Source of the DNA: Armatimonadota bacterium
Lineage (GTDB): Bacteria > Armatimonadota > SYMT01
Assembly: GCA_041690135.1 (NCBI GenBank)
Contig: JAWLHY010000018.1
Span: forward strand, 106,683 to 170,682
Direction: 5' to 3'
DNA length: 64,000 nt
The notes under the pieces were generated by a model. It saw only the letters and a program-made list of their open reading frames with translations. It was not told the DNA's origin and ran no database searches. This document shows, in pieces, positions 27,474 through 37,534 of this stretch (positions are counted from its first letter, which is position 1; every line of letters begins with the position of its first letter). Position numbers and translations under genes: made by a program.

Positions 27474-28559
27474 ATGAACTCCCGACTCGACCGCTTCCGT
27501 GCCCGCCTCGCCGAACTGGATCTTCCGGGCGCCCTGATCCTGGAGCCGATCAACGTGGGCTATCTTTCCGGCTTCACCGGCTCCACGGCCGCCCTCCTGG
27601 TGACCCCCGAACAGGCCCGGTTCATCACCGACTCCCGCTACGCGGTGCAGGCGCAGCAGGAATGCGCCGGATGGCAGGTGGTGGTTTTGGGCGATAGCGG
27701 CGGCTACAACGACAAGATCCAGGAGGAGATCCGGCATAGTGGTCTCACCTCACTGGCCATCGAGTCCGACTTCGTCACGGTGGAACGATTCCAGCAACTC
27801 CAGGGCAAGCTCGAAGGGATCGAGTTGAAGTCCGTGCCGGAGTTGGTCTCGGCGCTCCGCAGCATTAAGGATGCTGGTGAGATCGAATTGACGCGTCGCG
27901 CGTGTGCCCTGGTGGACCGGGGGTTCGCATTCTTGCGTACGATCGTGAAACCGGGGATGGCGGAACGGGACGTGGCTATTGAGCTGGAGTACTTCCTGAA
28001 GAAGAACGGAAGCGAAGATGAAGGGTTCGATACCATCGTGGCTTCCGGAGTCCGGTCGGCTCTCCCCCACGGGCGGGCATCGGGGAAGCTTTTAGAGGCG
28101 GGCGACTTCGTGACCTTCGACTTCGGCGCGCGGGTTGAGGGTTACCACGCCGATATCACGCGAACCGTGGTGCTGGGCCGGGCCACGGAGCGCCAGCGCG
28201 AGGTCTATCACACCGTACTGGAGGCCCAGTTGGCGGCCCTTGGAGCGATCCGTGCCGGGGTCGAGGGGAAGGCCGTGGACGCGGTGGCCCGGGACCTGAT
28301 CCGCGAACGTGGTTTTGGGCAGTACTTCGGGCACGGACTGGGACATGGCCTGGGCCGTGTCGTTCACGACTACCCGTCACGCGCACTCTCTCCGAAATCC
28401 GACACCGTTCTCCAATCGGGAATGATCGTGACGGTGGAGCCGGGAATCTACATCGAGGGCTGGGGAGGCGTTCGAATCGAGGATGACGTGGTGGTGACGG
28501 AGAGCGGCTGCGAGATCCTCACCCACTCGACCAAAGAATTGATTGAGATCCCGGTCTAG
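27474..28559 (+). CDS. Xaa-Pro aminopeptidase/dipeptidase (M24)
   Basis: YLSGFTGS, TDSRY, DFGA..GYHADITRT, HGLGHGLG and TVEPGIYIEGWGGVRIEDD. Confidence 0.93.
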   Translation: MNSRLDRFRARLAELDLPGALILEPINVGYLSGFTGSTAALLVTPEQARFITDSRYAVQAQQECAGWQVVVLGDSGGYNDKIQEEIRHSGLTSLAIESDFVTVERFQQLQGKLEGIELKSVPELVSALRSIKDAGEIELTRRACALVDRGFAFLRTIVKPGMAERDVAIELEYFLKKNGSEDEGFDTIVASGVRSALPHGRASGKLLEAGDFVTFDFGARVEGYHADITRTVVLGRATERQREVYHTVLEAQLAALGAIRAGVEGKAVDAVARDLIRERGFGQYFGHGLGHGLGRVVHDYPSRALSPKSDTVLQSGMIVTVEPGIYIEGWGGVRIEDDVVVTESGCEILTHSTKELIEIPV

Positions 28560-28562
28560 CGC

Positions 28563-29027
28563 ATGGCGGTCTGGAAGCGGGGGAAGTGGGCCGGCCTCTT
28601 AGTGCTGCTGGGGCTGGCCCTGATGGCGGGTTTCACCTTCGGCGTACGGCCGGCCTGGTTGGCGCAGAACGACGTGACGACCGGAGCGACGCCCGCCTAT
28701 CCGGAGCTACGGAGCCGGGTCTATCCTCACGCGAGCCCCGACGTGGTCTTTGCCGCCGCCGTGGAAGCAGCGCGCCGCCTTCCCCGCTGGCGGGTGACTT
28801 CCACGGACCCGGTGCAGCGCGAAGCGGCGATCGAAGTTCGTACGGCGCTCTTCTGGTTTACCGATGATCTGACCGTACGGGTGGAGCCGGAGGAGACTTC
28901 CGGAAGCCGGGTCGTGATCCGCTCCCGGTCCCGTGTCGGGCGGGGTGATCTGGGAGAGAATGCCCGGCATATCGCGGCTCTGCAGCGGGCAATGGACCGA
29001 CGGCTCTCCCCTCCTCCCGCTCACTGA
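28563..29027 (+). CDS. DUF1499 family protein
   Basis: NDVTT, FWFTDD and RSRSRVGRGDLGENARHI. N-terminal TM segment. Confidence 0.82.
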   Translation: MAVWKRGKWAGLLVLLGLALMAGFTFGVRPAWLAQNDVTTGATPAYPELRSRVYPHASPDVVFAAAVEAARRLPRWRVTSTDPVQREAAIEVRTALFWFTDDLTVRVEPEETSGSRVVIRSRSRVGRGDLGENARHIAALQRAMDRRLSPPPAH

Positions 29028-29189
29028 TGCGTCGACCTGTTACTACAGGCGCAGTTCTCAGAGTCAGGTGGCTGGTTGAGGTGTTAGTTCCAGTCGGCGC
29101 CGGCGGGCGCCGGGTACCCTCTGGGTGCGGACGTTCGTGCTTTCCCAACTCGCGACTTTAGTCGCCTAACAGCAAGTGCGGCCGTAGTA

Positions 29190-29954
29190 CTAACCCAGCA
29201 CTTCGAGCACCTGACGGATACGGCGGGTCTCGGCCTCGCTGGCGGCCCGGAATTCCAGTTCGGTGGGGGGAAGGTCCACTCCGAAGCGCACGGCGGGATT
29301 GTGTGAAGCCGAGATGTCTCGGGCCGCGGCGGTCGCAGAGAGGTGAACTTGCGTACAACCCGTGCGCCGGACCACTTCCGCTACCGTTTCGGCGCGGATG
29401 CCGCCGCCCGGCAAGATTTCGATCCGTCCGTCCGCCCGTTCCACCATCCGTCGGATCTCGTCCAGACCCTCGGTCGCTCGCGCCGCTCGGCCCGAAGTCA
29501 GGATCCGCGTCACCCCGAGATCGATCAACTGTTCCAGCGCGACCTCGGGACGAGCCACCACGTCGAATGCCCGGTGGAATACCAACTCGGGCCGAGACGG
29601 GCCACCGGAACCCGTAACGGCAGTGATGAATCGCCGGCAGCGATTCAGGTCCACCTCCCCGTCCGAAGTGAGGAATCCGAACACCAGGCCATCGGCACCC
29701 ACCTCGAGGGCGAGGAGCGCGTCCCGTTCCATCACGGCATACTCACCTTCGGTGTAGGCCATCCCCCCTTCTCGGGGCCGGACCATGCACATCACCGGCG
29801 TGGAAACGGTTTCCTTGATCGCCTTGAGGGTGCCGAGACTGGGGGTGAGACCACCAAGCGCTAGGGCGCTGCAGAGTTCAAAGCGATCGGCTCCACCGGC
29901 CGCCGCGGCGCGAGCATCGTCGAGGGATGAAACGATTGTTTCCAGCAGGATCAT
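29190..29954 (-). CDS. cutC: Copper homeostasis protein CutC
   Basis: GGADRFELCSALALGGLTPS, MVRPREG, FHRAFD, RILTSG and ILPGGGI. Confidence 0.93.
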   Translation of the reverse strand: MILLETIVSSLDDARAAAAGGADRFELCSALALGGLTPSLGTLKAIKETVSTPVMCMVRPREGGMAYTEGEYAVMERDALLALEVGADGLVFGFLTSDGEVDLNRCRRFITAVTGSGGPSRPELVFHRAFDVVARPEVALEQLIDLGVTRILTSGRAARATEGLDEIRRMVERADGRIEILPGGGIRAETVAEVVRRTGCTQVHLSATAAARDISASHNPAVRFGVDLPPTELEFRAASEAETRRIRQVLEVLG

Positions 29955-29963
29955 AGTGCTTGA

Positions 29964-30962
29964 TTAGAGGGCGGCGATCACGGCGTCGGTAAACTCGTCG
30001 GTGCCCGCCTTTCCACCGAGGTCACGGGTCACATGTTCGCCGGCCTCGAGAGTTTTGTTGACAGCTTTGCGGATGCGATCGGCGCTCCCGCCTTCGCCGA
30101 GGTGGTCGAGCATGAGGCAGGCGGAAAGGAGCATGGCGGTCGGGTTGGCCAGGCCGCGCCCGGCAATATCCGGCGCGCTGCCGTGAACCGCTTCGAAGAC
30201 GGCGTATTCCTCGCCGATGTTCGCTCCGGGAACGACTCCGAGACCGCCGACCAGGCCCGCGGTGAGGTCGGAGACGATGTCCCCGTACAGGTTCTCGCAG
30301 AGCAGGATATCGAAGCGCTGTGGGTCCTGCACCAGCCACATGCAGGTGGCATCCACGATCATTTCGTTGTACTGGATGTCGGAATAGCGCTCCGCGACCT
30401 CCCGCGCGCACCGCAGGAAGAGGCCGTCGGTCAGCTTCATAATATTGGCCTTGTGTACGCTGGTGACGCGCTTCCGGCCGCAGCGCCGCGCATAGGCGAA
30501 AGCGAACTCGCTGATCCGGTAGCAGGCCCGTTCGGTCGTCACCTTGAGACTCTCAACGACCCCGGGTATTACCTCGTGCTCGATACCCGAATAGAGGCCT
30601 TCGGTATTCTCGCGAACCACTACCAGATCGACCTCTCCAAAGCGGGTTTCGATTCCGGGCAGCGTGCGTACGGGCCGCAGGCAGGCGTAAAGGTCGAGGC
30701 GCTTTCGCAACGCGACGTTGGCGCTGGCGAATCCAGTGCCGATGGGCGTGGTGAGGGGGCCCTTCAGGGCAACACGGTCCTTGCGGATGCAGTCCAGCAC
30801 GTGCTCGGGAAGCTGGGTTCCGTACTGCTCGATGGTGGCGGCCCCGGCTTCCACCTCGTGCCATTCCACTTCGACCCCGCTTGCCTCCACGATCCTCCGG
30901 ACAGCGGCGGAAACTTCCGGTCCGATGCCGTCCCCCGGTATCAGCGTCACTCCGTGTGCCAC
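29964..30962 (-). CDS. NAD-dependent isocitrate/isopropylmalate dehydrogenase family protein
   Basis: TLIPGDGIGPEV, VVRENTEGLY, VHKANIMK, ENLYGDIVSDL and FEAVHGSAPDIAG. GTG start after GAGGAGG. Confidence 0.92.
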   Translation of the reverse strand: MAHGVTLIPGDGIGPEVSAAVRRIVEASGVEVEWHEVEAGAATIEQYGTQLPEHVLDCIRKDRVALKGPLTTPIGTGFASANVALRKRLDLYACLRPVRTLPGIETRFGEVDLVVVRENTEGLYSGIEHEVIPGVVESLKVTTERACYRISEFAFAYARRCGRKRVTSVHKANIMKLTDGLFLRCAREVAERYSDIQYNEMIVDATCMWLVQDPQRFDILLCENLYGDIVSDLTAGLVGGLGVVPGANIGEEYAVFEAVHGSAPDIAGRGLANPTAMLLSACLMLDHLGEGGSADRIRKAVNKTLEAGEHVTRDLGGKAGTDEFTDAVIAAL

Positions 30963-31164
30963 CCCGAACCTCCTCTTCTCAATGCTGTCAGCGCCGCACA
31001 AATAGGCGCATGGTCGGCCCTTCATCCAGCATGATAGAATGCCCCAATTTACCTACTACTACGCTTACGATTGGCGTCCATGCGGGAAAAGCTTGATGGG
31101 ATGATCCGGCCGGGATCCCACAGCCTCGCTGCCGCCCGGCCCCACGCAACCAGGGAGAGCGACC

Positions 31165-31407
31165 ATGCCGGAAACCGCGAAAAAGGTGATCAAAGCCCGG
31201 ACCGAGAGCCATTCGGACGTGGCTAACTCGAAGCCCGCCAAGGAACTGCAGAGGGTCCACACCGAGCGCCAATTCGGCGATCAGGTGTTGTATTTCCTGC
31301 GTGAAACGGATGCCACGATACAACTCCGCAACTTCAAAGACGAGTGGGTCGAAACGGACGAAGGCATGGTCCACGAGATCAGCATCGAGGCACAGCCCCT
31401 CGAATGA
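31165..31407 (+). CDS. Small hypothetical protein (80 aa)
   Basis: ATG preceded by AGGGAG. Protein-like composition. Confidence 0.6.
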   Translation: MPETAKKVIKARTESHSDVANSKPAKELQRVHTERQFGDQVLYFLRETDATIQLRNFKDEWVETDEGMVHEISIEAQPLE

Positions 31408-31525
31408 GTTGAAGGTTGGTAGGTTGAAGGTTGAAGGTTGGAGATCCGTGCGGCCGGAACGGGTACGGGTTGGCACGAATCAGGTGCGACGTTGGCAGGT
31501 TGGAAAGTTGGCAGGTTGGAAAGTC
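31408..31525. repeat. Intergenic simple repeats: (AGGTTGA)-type array and GTTGGCAGGTTGGAAA x2
   Basis: Read directly at 31408-31441 and 31491-31524. Confidence 0.8.
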
Positions 31526-31902
31526 AAAGTTCCTCTTGGGGCTCATGGTTGAAGCCCACCGCACCGGCCGGAGGTTAATCGCCTGAACTTTAGTACCCGT
31601 CAAGGAATAACCGCTACGTGGTGCCTAGCCGACGGAGGTTTACGCCCGGGTACCCACGGTGTGGGTGTGGGTGCGGGCGCCGGGTACCCACAGAGTGGGT
31701 GTGGGCAGTTGCCCTGTGTAGCCGGGGCACCCACTCGTGGGTCGTTACTCGCCCAACTGTACCTGTAGCGGTTGTTGCTGGGCACTCCCTTAGGAACTCG
31801 ACGATAGAGGCGTGATCACCGGGCTGCCCCGGGTAAAGGGAAGAAACGGAGGGGCAGGGAGCGTCTCTATTCCTTCTTGCCGCGTAGTAAAGGAGCAGCC
31901 AG

Positions 31903-32394
31903 GTGCGTCGTATCGAAGAGATCCTCAAGATGCCGATCATCACCGTCCAGGAAGGGACCCGCCTGGGCACGGTCAGCGGCGCCGAACTGGATATGACAGA
32001 AGGTAGGGTCGCCTACATCCGTTACCGGGGAGAGGGACGCAACCCGGAGGGGCTCATCCCCTGGTCCGCCATACGCAGCATCGGTGGAGACACCCTTACC
32101 GTGACCTCGGCGTCCGAGGTGCTGCAGAGCCTGCGGCCGCAGGAACGGGAGACCCTTGCCGAGTATGTGGGTGACCGACCGGTGGTCACCGAAGGTGGGA
32201 CGCGGATCGGCACCGTCTCCAGCTATGCCATCGATGAAGAAACGGGCCGGATCCTGAGTTACCACGTGGAGCAGGGAGGGCTGATAGCGCGGTTGACCAA
32301 CCGGGGCTATGAATTCCCTCACGAGGCGATCCGTGCCTTCGGTAAGGACGCGATCGTTGTGGCGGAAGAAGTGATCCCGGAAGAAGCCGCCTGA
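31903..32394 (+). CDS. PRC-barrel domain protein (two PRC barrels)
   Basis: ILKMPIITVQEGTRLGTV...IPWSAIRSIGGDTL and VGDRPVVTEGGTRIGTV...FGKDAIVV. AAGGAG RBS. Confidence 0.85.
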   Translation: MRRIEEILKMPIITVQEGTRLGTVSGAELDMTEGRVAYIRYRGEGRNPEGLIPWSAIRSIGGDTLTVTSASEVLQSLRPQERETLAEYVGDRPVVTEGGTRIGTVSSYAIDEETGRILSYHVEQGGLIARLTNRGYEFPHEAIRAFGKDAIVVAEEVIPEEAA

Positions 32395-32662
32395 GCTTGC
32401 GAGCCGACATACTCCTTGTACCGCTGCAGTGTATGAGGGATTTCTCACGGAGATTCGCGGCGCCCCGTCCTAACGCCCGGCGCCGGCTCCGCCTCTCAAC
32501 CTTTCGAGCGGTTTGCAACTGGGGGTGCATACGGAGGGTCGCAGCCGGGTAGAACCCCGGATGAGTAAACCCTCGGCCCCTGGATGGAAGGAGGCAGCCT
32601 ACGGAAGCAGGATAGACTGCTGGCGCCGGCTTGCCGATCTCCTGGAGTATTGGAGGCAGGAT

Positions 32663-33136
32663 GTGAGGCGAGTGACGGATCTGATAGGGTTGCCCGTGAT
32701 CCTGGTGAGGGGTGGGGCCGCCATCGGCACGGTGACCGGGGTCGAACTCGATGTGGTGCGTGGCAGGATTTGTTTCCTTCACCTCTCGGCCGCCGCGGAT
32801 CAAGACGAGATCATTCTCCCCTGGAGAGCCGTCTGCACCGTGGATGCCCGGACGATCACGGTCTTCACGCTGCCTTCCCGCGGTGATTCCCTTGCCGGCG
32901 GTGGACCCCTACCCCACCAACCGCAAATGCGGGTGTGGGGTGACCATCAGAGCCTCCACCCGATCGCCGGCTATGAAATAGATGAACTCAGTGGACGCGT
33001 CACCCCAGTCGCGCAGCCGTTGTTACCCCTCATCCGCGATCTCGAAGAACTGATGCTAGACCTGGGATACGCGGATTGTGAGTGGCTGGAGCGAGATTCG
33101 CCTCCGGACCGTGAGCGAAGACCCAGGGCTGCCTGA
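32663..33136 (+). CDS. Divergent PRC-barrel paralogue
   Basis: VRRVTDLIGLPVILVRGGAAIGTVTGVELD...LPWRAV and YEIDELSGRV parallel the upstream gene. GGAGG RBS. Confidence 0.6.
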   Translation: MRRVTDLIGLPVILVRGGAAIGTVTGVELDVVRGRICFLHLSAAADQDEIILPWRAVCTVDARTITVFTLPSRGDSLAGGGPLPHQPQMRVWGDHQSLHPIAGYEIDELSGRVTPVAQPLLPLIRDLEELMLDLGYADCEWLERDSPPDRERRPRAA

Positions 33137-33334
33137 AGTCATTCGGTACTCCCGCGCCCTCACAATTAGCGCTGAGCGCAGGCAGCCACCATCTGGCAGG
33201 CCGAGTTCAGGCCCCGAACTGCGGAACGCTACGGCGAGACGTTCCCTACGGGTACCGCTTGCAAGAACTTGCCCAACAAGCGAGCGACACCCTTAAAGGC
33301 CTACCCGCAATTTCGTATCCACGCAGAGGAGTGG

Positions 33335-34423
33335 CTACGGCTTCTCTCCGACTACGAGCTCACCCCGGAGCATTTCCCCGTCGCGCTCGACCAGGATGGA
33401 GAATTTGTCTCCGATCTTGGCCTTGGCCGTAAGCGCCTCGACGTCGTCGCGGGCGGCGATCTTCTTGCCGTTCAGTTCACGGATGATGTCGCCCGGGCGC
33501 ACTCCCGCAGCCCACGCCGGCCCCCGTCGGTCGATCCGCTCGACGATAGCCCCGCCGGGGCGCTCCAGACCCAAGTAGCCGGCGATGTCGGACGTCACCG
33601 TGCGGGTGTTGAGACCCGTCCACGGGCGCTTGATCTTGCCGCTGCGAATCAGTTCGTCCGCGATGTTTTTGGCCAGGTGAATGGGGATGGAGAAGCCGAT
33701 CCCCTGGGCATCGGCGCGAACGATGGTGTTGATACCGATTACGTTTCCGTGGATATCAACCAGGGGGCCGCCGCTGTTGCCGGGGTTGATTGCCGCGTCC
33801 GTCTGGATCAGGCTCTTGTAGACGCGGTCCTGGATCTGCATCGCCCGGCCGGTGTGCCCGACGACTCCGAGTGTCACCGTTTGCTGATACCCATATGGAT
33901 TGCCGATGGCGATGGCCCACTGTCCGGGGATCAACTTGCGGGAGTCGCCAAGACGGGCCACGGGGAGGTTCTTCGCATTCTGGATCTGGATCACGCCAAC
34001 ATCGGTTTCGTGATCCACGCCGATTACGCGGCCGCGGTACTTCTTGCCGTTGCCGAACGTGACGAAGATCTCCGTCGCTCCTTCGACCACGTGCTCGTTG
34101 GTAATGACGTAACCCTTCGGATCGATCACCACTCCGGAGCCGGCGCCGCTGCTCTCGAAGGTGCGGGGTCCGAAGAACCAGTCGTCCTGGACGAACCGCT
34201 TCACCGTGTCGATATTGACGACGGAAGGCGCCACGGCCTCTACGGCGCGGGCTACCGGCTCATCCGCCGTTACGGCCGCTCGAGCCGGCTGCGCATAGGC
34301 CTGGGTAGGTAGGCGACCTGGCTCCCACTCAATGCGGATCCGGGGCGCCAGCCAACTTCCTGCCAGGAAACTGGCGGTCATGAGCGTGGTGTAAATCCAG
34401 AATCGGCGATTGCGTGCGAACAT
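33335..34423 (-). CDS. HtrA/DegP-like trypsin serine protease with one PDZ domain
   Basis: Catalytic triad motifs TNEHVV, ETDVGV and QTDAAINPGNSGGPL. C-terminal PDZ (GPAWAAGVRPGDII). Confidence 0.93.
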   Translation of the reverse strand: MFARNRRFWIYTTLMTASFLAGSWLAPRIRIEWEPGRLPTQAYAQPARAAVTADEPVARAVEAVAPSVVNIDTVKRFVQDDWFFGPRTFESSGAGSGVVIDPKGYVITNEHVVEGATEIFVTFGNGKKYRGRVIGVDHETDVGVIQIQNAKNLPVARLGDSRKLIPGQWAIAIGNPYGYQQTVTLGVVGHTGRAMQIQDRVYKSLIQTDAAINPGNSGGPLVDIHGNVIGINTIVRADAQGIGFSIPIHLAKNIADELIRSGKIKRPWTGLNTRTVTSDIAGYLGLERPGGAIVERIDRRGPAWAAGVRPGDIIRELNGKKIAARDDVEALTAKAKIGDKFSILVERDGEMLRGELVVGEKP

Positions 34424-34660
34424 ATCTAGCCTCTTCCCTTCCGGAGCCTCCGCCATCCGGCAAGCACAGGGGTCCGGGGAACTGGGGCCCCGGGACTTTA
34501 CACTCAAGTAGATAGGCGACCGGGCAGACCGGTGCTTCCCTCTACTAAGAAGAACGCACGAACTCTCCATGCGTTCCGTTGGGTTTTCCTTGGTGCGACG
34601 AAAGACGCTGGAGGACAAGGACTGTCCTCCAGCGTCAATATTCCCGCAGCCACGGCCGAT

Positions 34661-36067
34661 CTACCCGAAGTACTTCATGATGTCCTTGCTCATGATGAGC
34701 ACGAACAGCACCCCGACAATGGCCAGGCCCATCAGCGCCACCACCTTGTGCGTCTCCGGTTCCAGGCGGCGACGGCGGAGTACCTCCACCGTGAGGATGG
34801 TCATGTGGCCGCCGTCCAGCACCGGGATCGGCAACAGGTTGAATACCGCCAGCGAGAGACTGAGCGACGCCATCACCGTAAAGTAGTTTCCAAGCGGCAG
34901 GCGATCCACCTGGCTCAGGAGGGCGACGATGGCGATCGGGCCGCCTACGCTCTCCCGGAGCACCGCGGGGCGACTGAACATCCCCACGATGTTGTACAGG
35001 AAGTTCTGGACGTACTGGACGCCGTTGGAGAGTGATTGGCCGAGGCTCACGCGGTCCCCCTGACCCGGAATGGGGGCGAACCCGAAAGCCCCGATCCGAC
35101 GCGTTGCCTCTTTGATCTGCACGTCCACCGGACCTGCCGTCCCTTCGATCTCCATTCGCTCGGTGCCATTGCGCCAGATCAACAGGCTTATCGGTTGTCC
35201 CTGCTTCTCCTGCAGATAGCGACGCACGGCTACTTCCGGCGGGTCGGTCTCGCTGAGCATACCGACGAACTTGCCGTCGATGCGGTCGATCTGGTCGCCA
35301 GGTCTCAGATCCAACTCCGTGCCCTGTGGAACGCCGCCCACAACCAGGAACCGCTCCTCCAGGGCCCGCTCCTCCGGGGATCCGGCCAGAACGATCTCCT
35401 TGCCCTCCCGCTGGACGGTCACGGTTATCCGCTCGCCTGCGTGGGGATGGATGTGCATCGCCACCTCGTCGCGGCTGCGGATGGCCTCACCATTGATGGC
35501 AACGATCCGGTCGCCGACGCGGAGACCCTTGGGGTGGTTCGGTGCCGGCTGGCCGTTGACGCTGACCACCTCCATTCGCTCCGCGGGCTTCTTCCGCTGC
35601 ACTTCGCCCACGAGTACCCGGCTCTCATCGGGCACGCCGAACAGGAAGCCGCTGAGCATCAGGATGCCGACACCCAGGATCATGTTCATCAGTGGACCGG
35701 AGAGATAGACGAGGGCCCGTTCGGCGGGGCGGCGGCCATTCAACCCATCCGGTGTGATGGGGTCGTCCGGCTGCATCCCCTTGGGGTTGACGAACCCACC
35801 GAGGGGAAAGGCGCGGACGGTGTAATCGGTCCCGCCCCGCTTCATATAGGTGAGAAGCTTCGGACCGAACCCCAGTGCGAACTCGTAGACGGTGACGCCC
35901 ACGGCTTTTGCGGCGATGAAGTGGCCCCACTCATGGACGGCGACCAATACGCCCAGCGTGACCACGAACATCACGGCCGTCTTGAAGGTATCCCAGAAGA
36001 CCGCGGCAAAGACGGCAACAATTGCAAATGCAATAATATTTTGTATAGTCTCAGACCGTTTATTCAT
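34661..36067 (-). CDS. rseP: RIP metalloprotease RseP (M50)
   Basis: HEWGH, FALGFGP, PLGGFV, PDZ-like segments and FNLLPIPVLDGG. Lies downstream of dxr. Confidence 0.92.
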   Translation of the reverse strand: MNKRSETIQNIIAFAIVAVFAAVFWDTFKTAVMFVVTLGVLVAVHEWGHFIAAKAVGVTVYEFALGFGPKLLTYMKRGGTDYTVRAFPLGGFVNPKGMQPDDPITPDGLNGRRPAERALVYLSGPLMNMILGVGILMLSGFLFGVPDESRVLVGEVQRKKPAERMEVVSVNGQPAPNHPKGLRVGDRIVAINGEAIRSRDEVAMHIHPHAGERITVTVQREGKEIVLAGSPEERALEERFLVVGGVPQGTELDLRPGDQIDRIDGKFVGMLSETDPPEVAVRRYLQEKQGQPISLLIWRNGTERMEIEGTAGPVDVQIKEATRRIGAFGFAPIPGQGDRVSLGQSLSNGVQYVQNFLYNIVGMFSRPAVLRESVGGPIAIVALLSQVDRLPLGNYFTVMASLSLSLAVFNLLPIPVLDGGHMTILTVEVLRRRRLEPETHKVVALMGLAIVGVLFVLIMSKDIMKYFG

Positions 36068-36074
36068 TCAGTAG

Positions 36075-37205
36075 TTAGCTTTCCAGTGCTGCTCGCCGCG
36101 CCCAGGCGTCGATTTCAAGCAGTTCAGGCAAGTCCGGATCCGGACGCACGGAGTGGGCTTCCATGGCGCGTTCTACCCGGGCTGCAATGTCGGTGAACGC
36201 AATGCGCCCGGAGAGGAAGAGGTCCACCGCGACTTCGTTCGCGGCACTCAACACAGCCGGCAGAGAGCCCCCCACCTCGGCGGCCTGGAACGCCAGTCGC
36301 AGTGCCGGAAAGCGCTCCAGGTCCGGCGCCTCGAACGTAAGGTTACGACACCGCACCAGGTCTAACCGCTCCAGCGTATTCGGCAGTCGCTGCGGATAGA
36401 AGAGCGAATACTGGATCGGCAGCCGCATATCCGGAATGCCCATCTGGGCCATCACGGAGCTGTCCCGGAAGTACACCAGCGAATGTATTATACTCTGCCG
36501 ATGGACCACCACTTCAATAGCCGAGGCCGGGATGCCGAAGAGCCACTTCGCCTCAATCACCTCCAGACCCTTATTCATCAGGGTTGCCGAGTCGATGGTA
36601 ATCTTACCGCCCATGTTCCAGGTTGGATGGTCCAGGGCGTTTGCGATAGTGGCCGCGGCCATCTCCTCGCGGCTCTTGTCCACGAACGGACCGCCAGAAG
36701 CGGTGAGGACGAGCTTCTCCACCTCTTCCAGTTGATTTCCGCGCAGCGCCTGCCAGATGGCGGAATGCTCGCTGTCGATCGGCAGGATCGTGGCCCCGGA
36801 ATTCCGCGCCGCGGCCGTCATGAGATGCCCGCCGACGACCAGGGCCTCCTTGGTTGCCAGGGCGACGTTCTTTCCGGCCTGGAGCGCCGCTAGCGCGGGG
36901 GCGAGACCGGCGGTACCCACCACGGAAACGATTACCAGGTCGACATCGTCTCGCGTTGCCGCCTCTACCAGGACTCCCTCTCCCGCGTGGAGCGGGCCGG
37001 TGGAGGTCTCCAGGGAGGTCCCAGGCAAAGGATGCGTGAGGCCGGCGAACCGGGGGCGGTACCGCTCCACCTGCGCGCGGAGCGTCTCTGCATCCGAGCG
37101 GGCGGTGAGGGCGACGACCTCAAGACGGTCGGGAAACCAGTCAACGATATCGAGCGTCTGGCGTCCGATGGAGCCGGTGGAACCGAGGATGGCGATGCGG
37201 GTCAT
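36075..37205 (-). CDS. dxr: 1-deoxy-D-xylulose-5-phosphate reductoisomerase
   Basis: ILGSTGSIG, LPIDSEHSAI, TASGGPF and HPTWNMGGKITIDSATLMNKGLEVIEA. Confidence 0.97.
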   Translation of the reverse strand: MTRIAILGSTGSIGRQTLDIVDWFPDRLEVVALTARSDAETLRAQVERYRPRFAGLTHPLPGTSLETSTGPLHAGEGVLVEAATRDDVDLVIVSVVGTAGLAPALAALQAGKNVALATKEALVVGGHLMTAAARNSGATILPIDSEHSAIWQALRGNQLEEVEKLVLTASGGPFVDKSREEMAAATIANALDHPTWNMGGKITIDSATLMNKGLEVIEAKWLFGIPASAIEVVVHRQSIIHSLVYFRDSSVMAQMGIPDMRLPIQYSLFYPQRLPNTLERLDLVRCRNLTFEAPDLERFPALRLAFQAAEVGGSLPAVLSAANEVAVDLFLSGRIAFTDIAARVERAMEAHSVRPDPDLPELLEIDAWARRAALES

Positions 37206-37217
37206 TGGGGGAGTTAA

Positions 37218-37323
37218 ATGCGTGATGCGTGATGGGTAATGCGTAAGGTTACGTGCGAGGCGGCTGCGGGGGCAATGGTGCTGCCTCGGCCATGTGCGTA
37301 ATGCGTGATACGTGATGCGTGAG
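37218..37323. repeat. Two arrays of degenerate heptamer ATGCGT(G/A)
   Basis: ATGCGTGATGCGTGATGGGTAATGCGTAA (37218-37246) and TGCGTAATGCGTGATACGTGATGCGTGA (37295-37322). Confidence 0.8.
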
Positions 37324-37534
37324 AATGGGTTGCAGTACCGGTATTCGGGCGCCCCTGTGGGGGTTAAATGTTCGGGTGCTCTGACTCCGTGCGACTGGAA
37401 ACATTCGGCTAGTCTGTGGTGACCGGAAAGCGGTGCTTGGGATATCTGCCTGGTGGTGTCGGCCGACAGAGTACCTGAAACGCCGCGTTACACGGGCTTA
37501 CATCAGAGGGCACAAATCCATTACTTGGGTCCGA

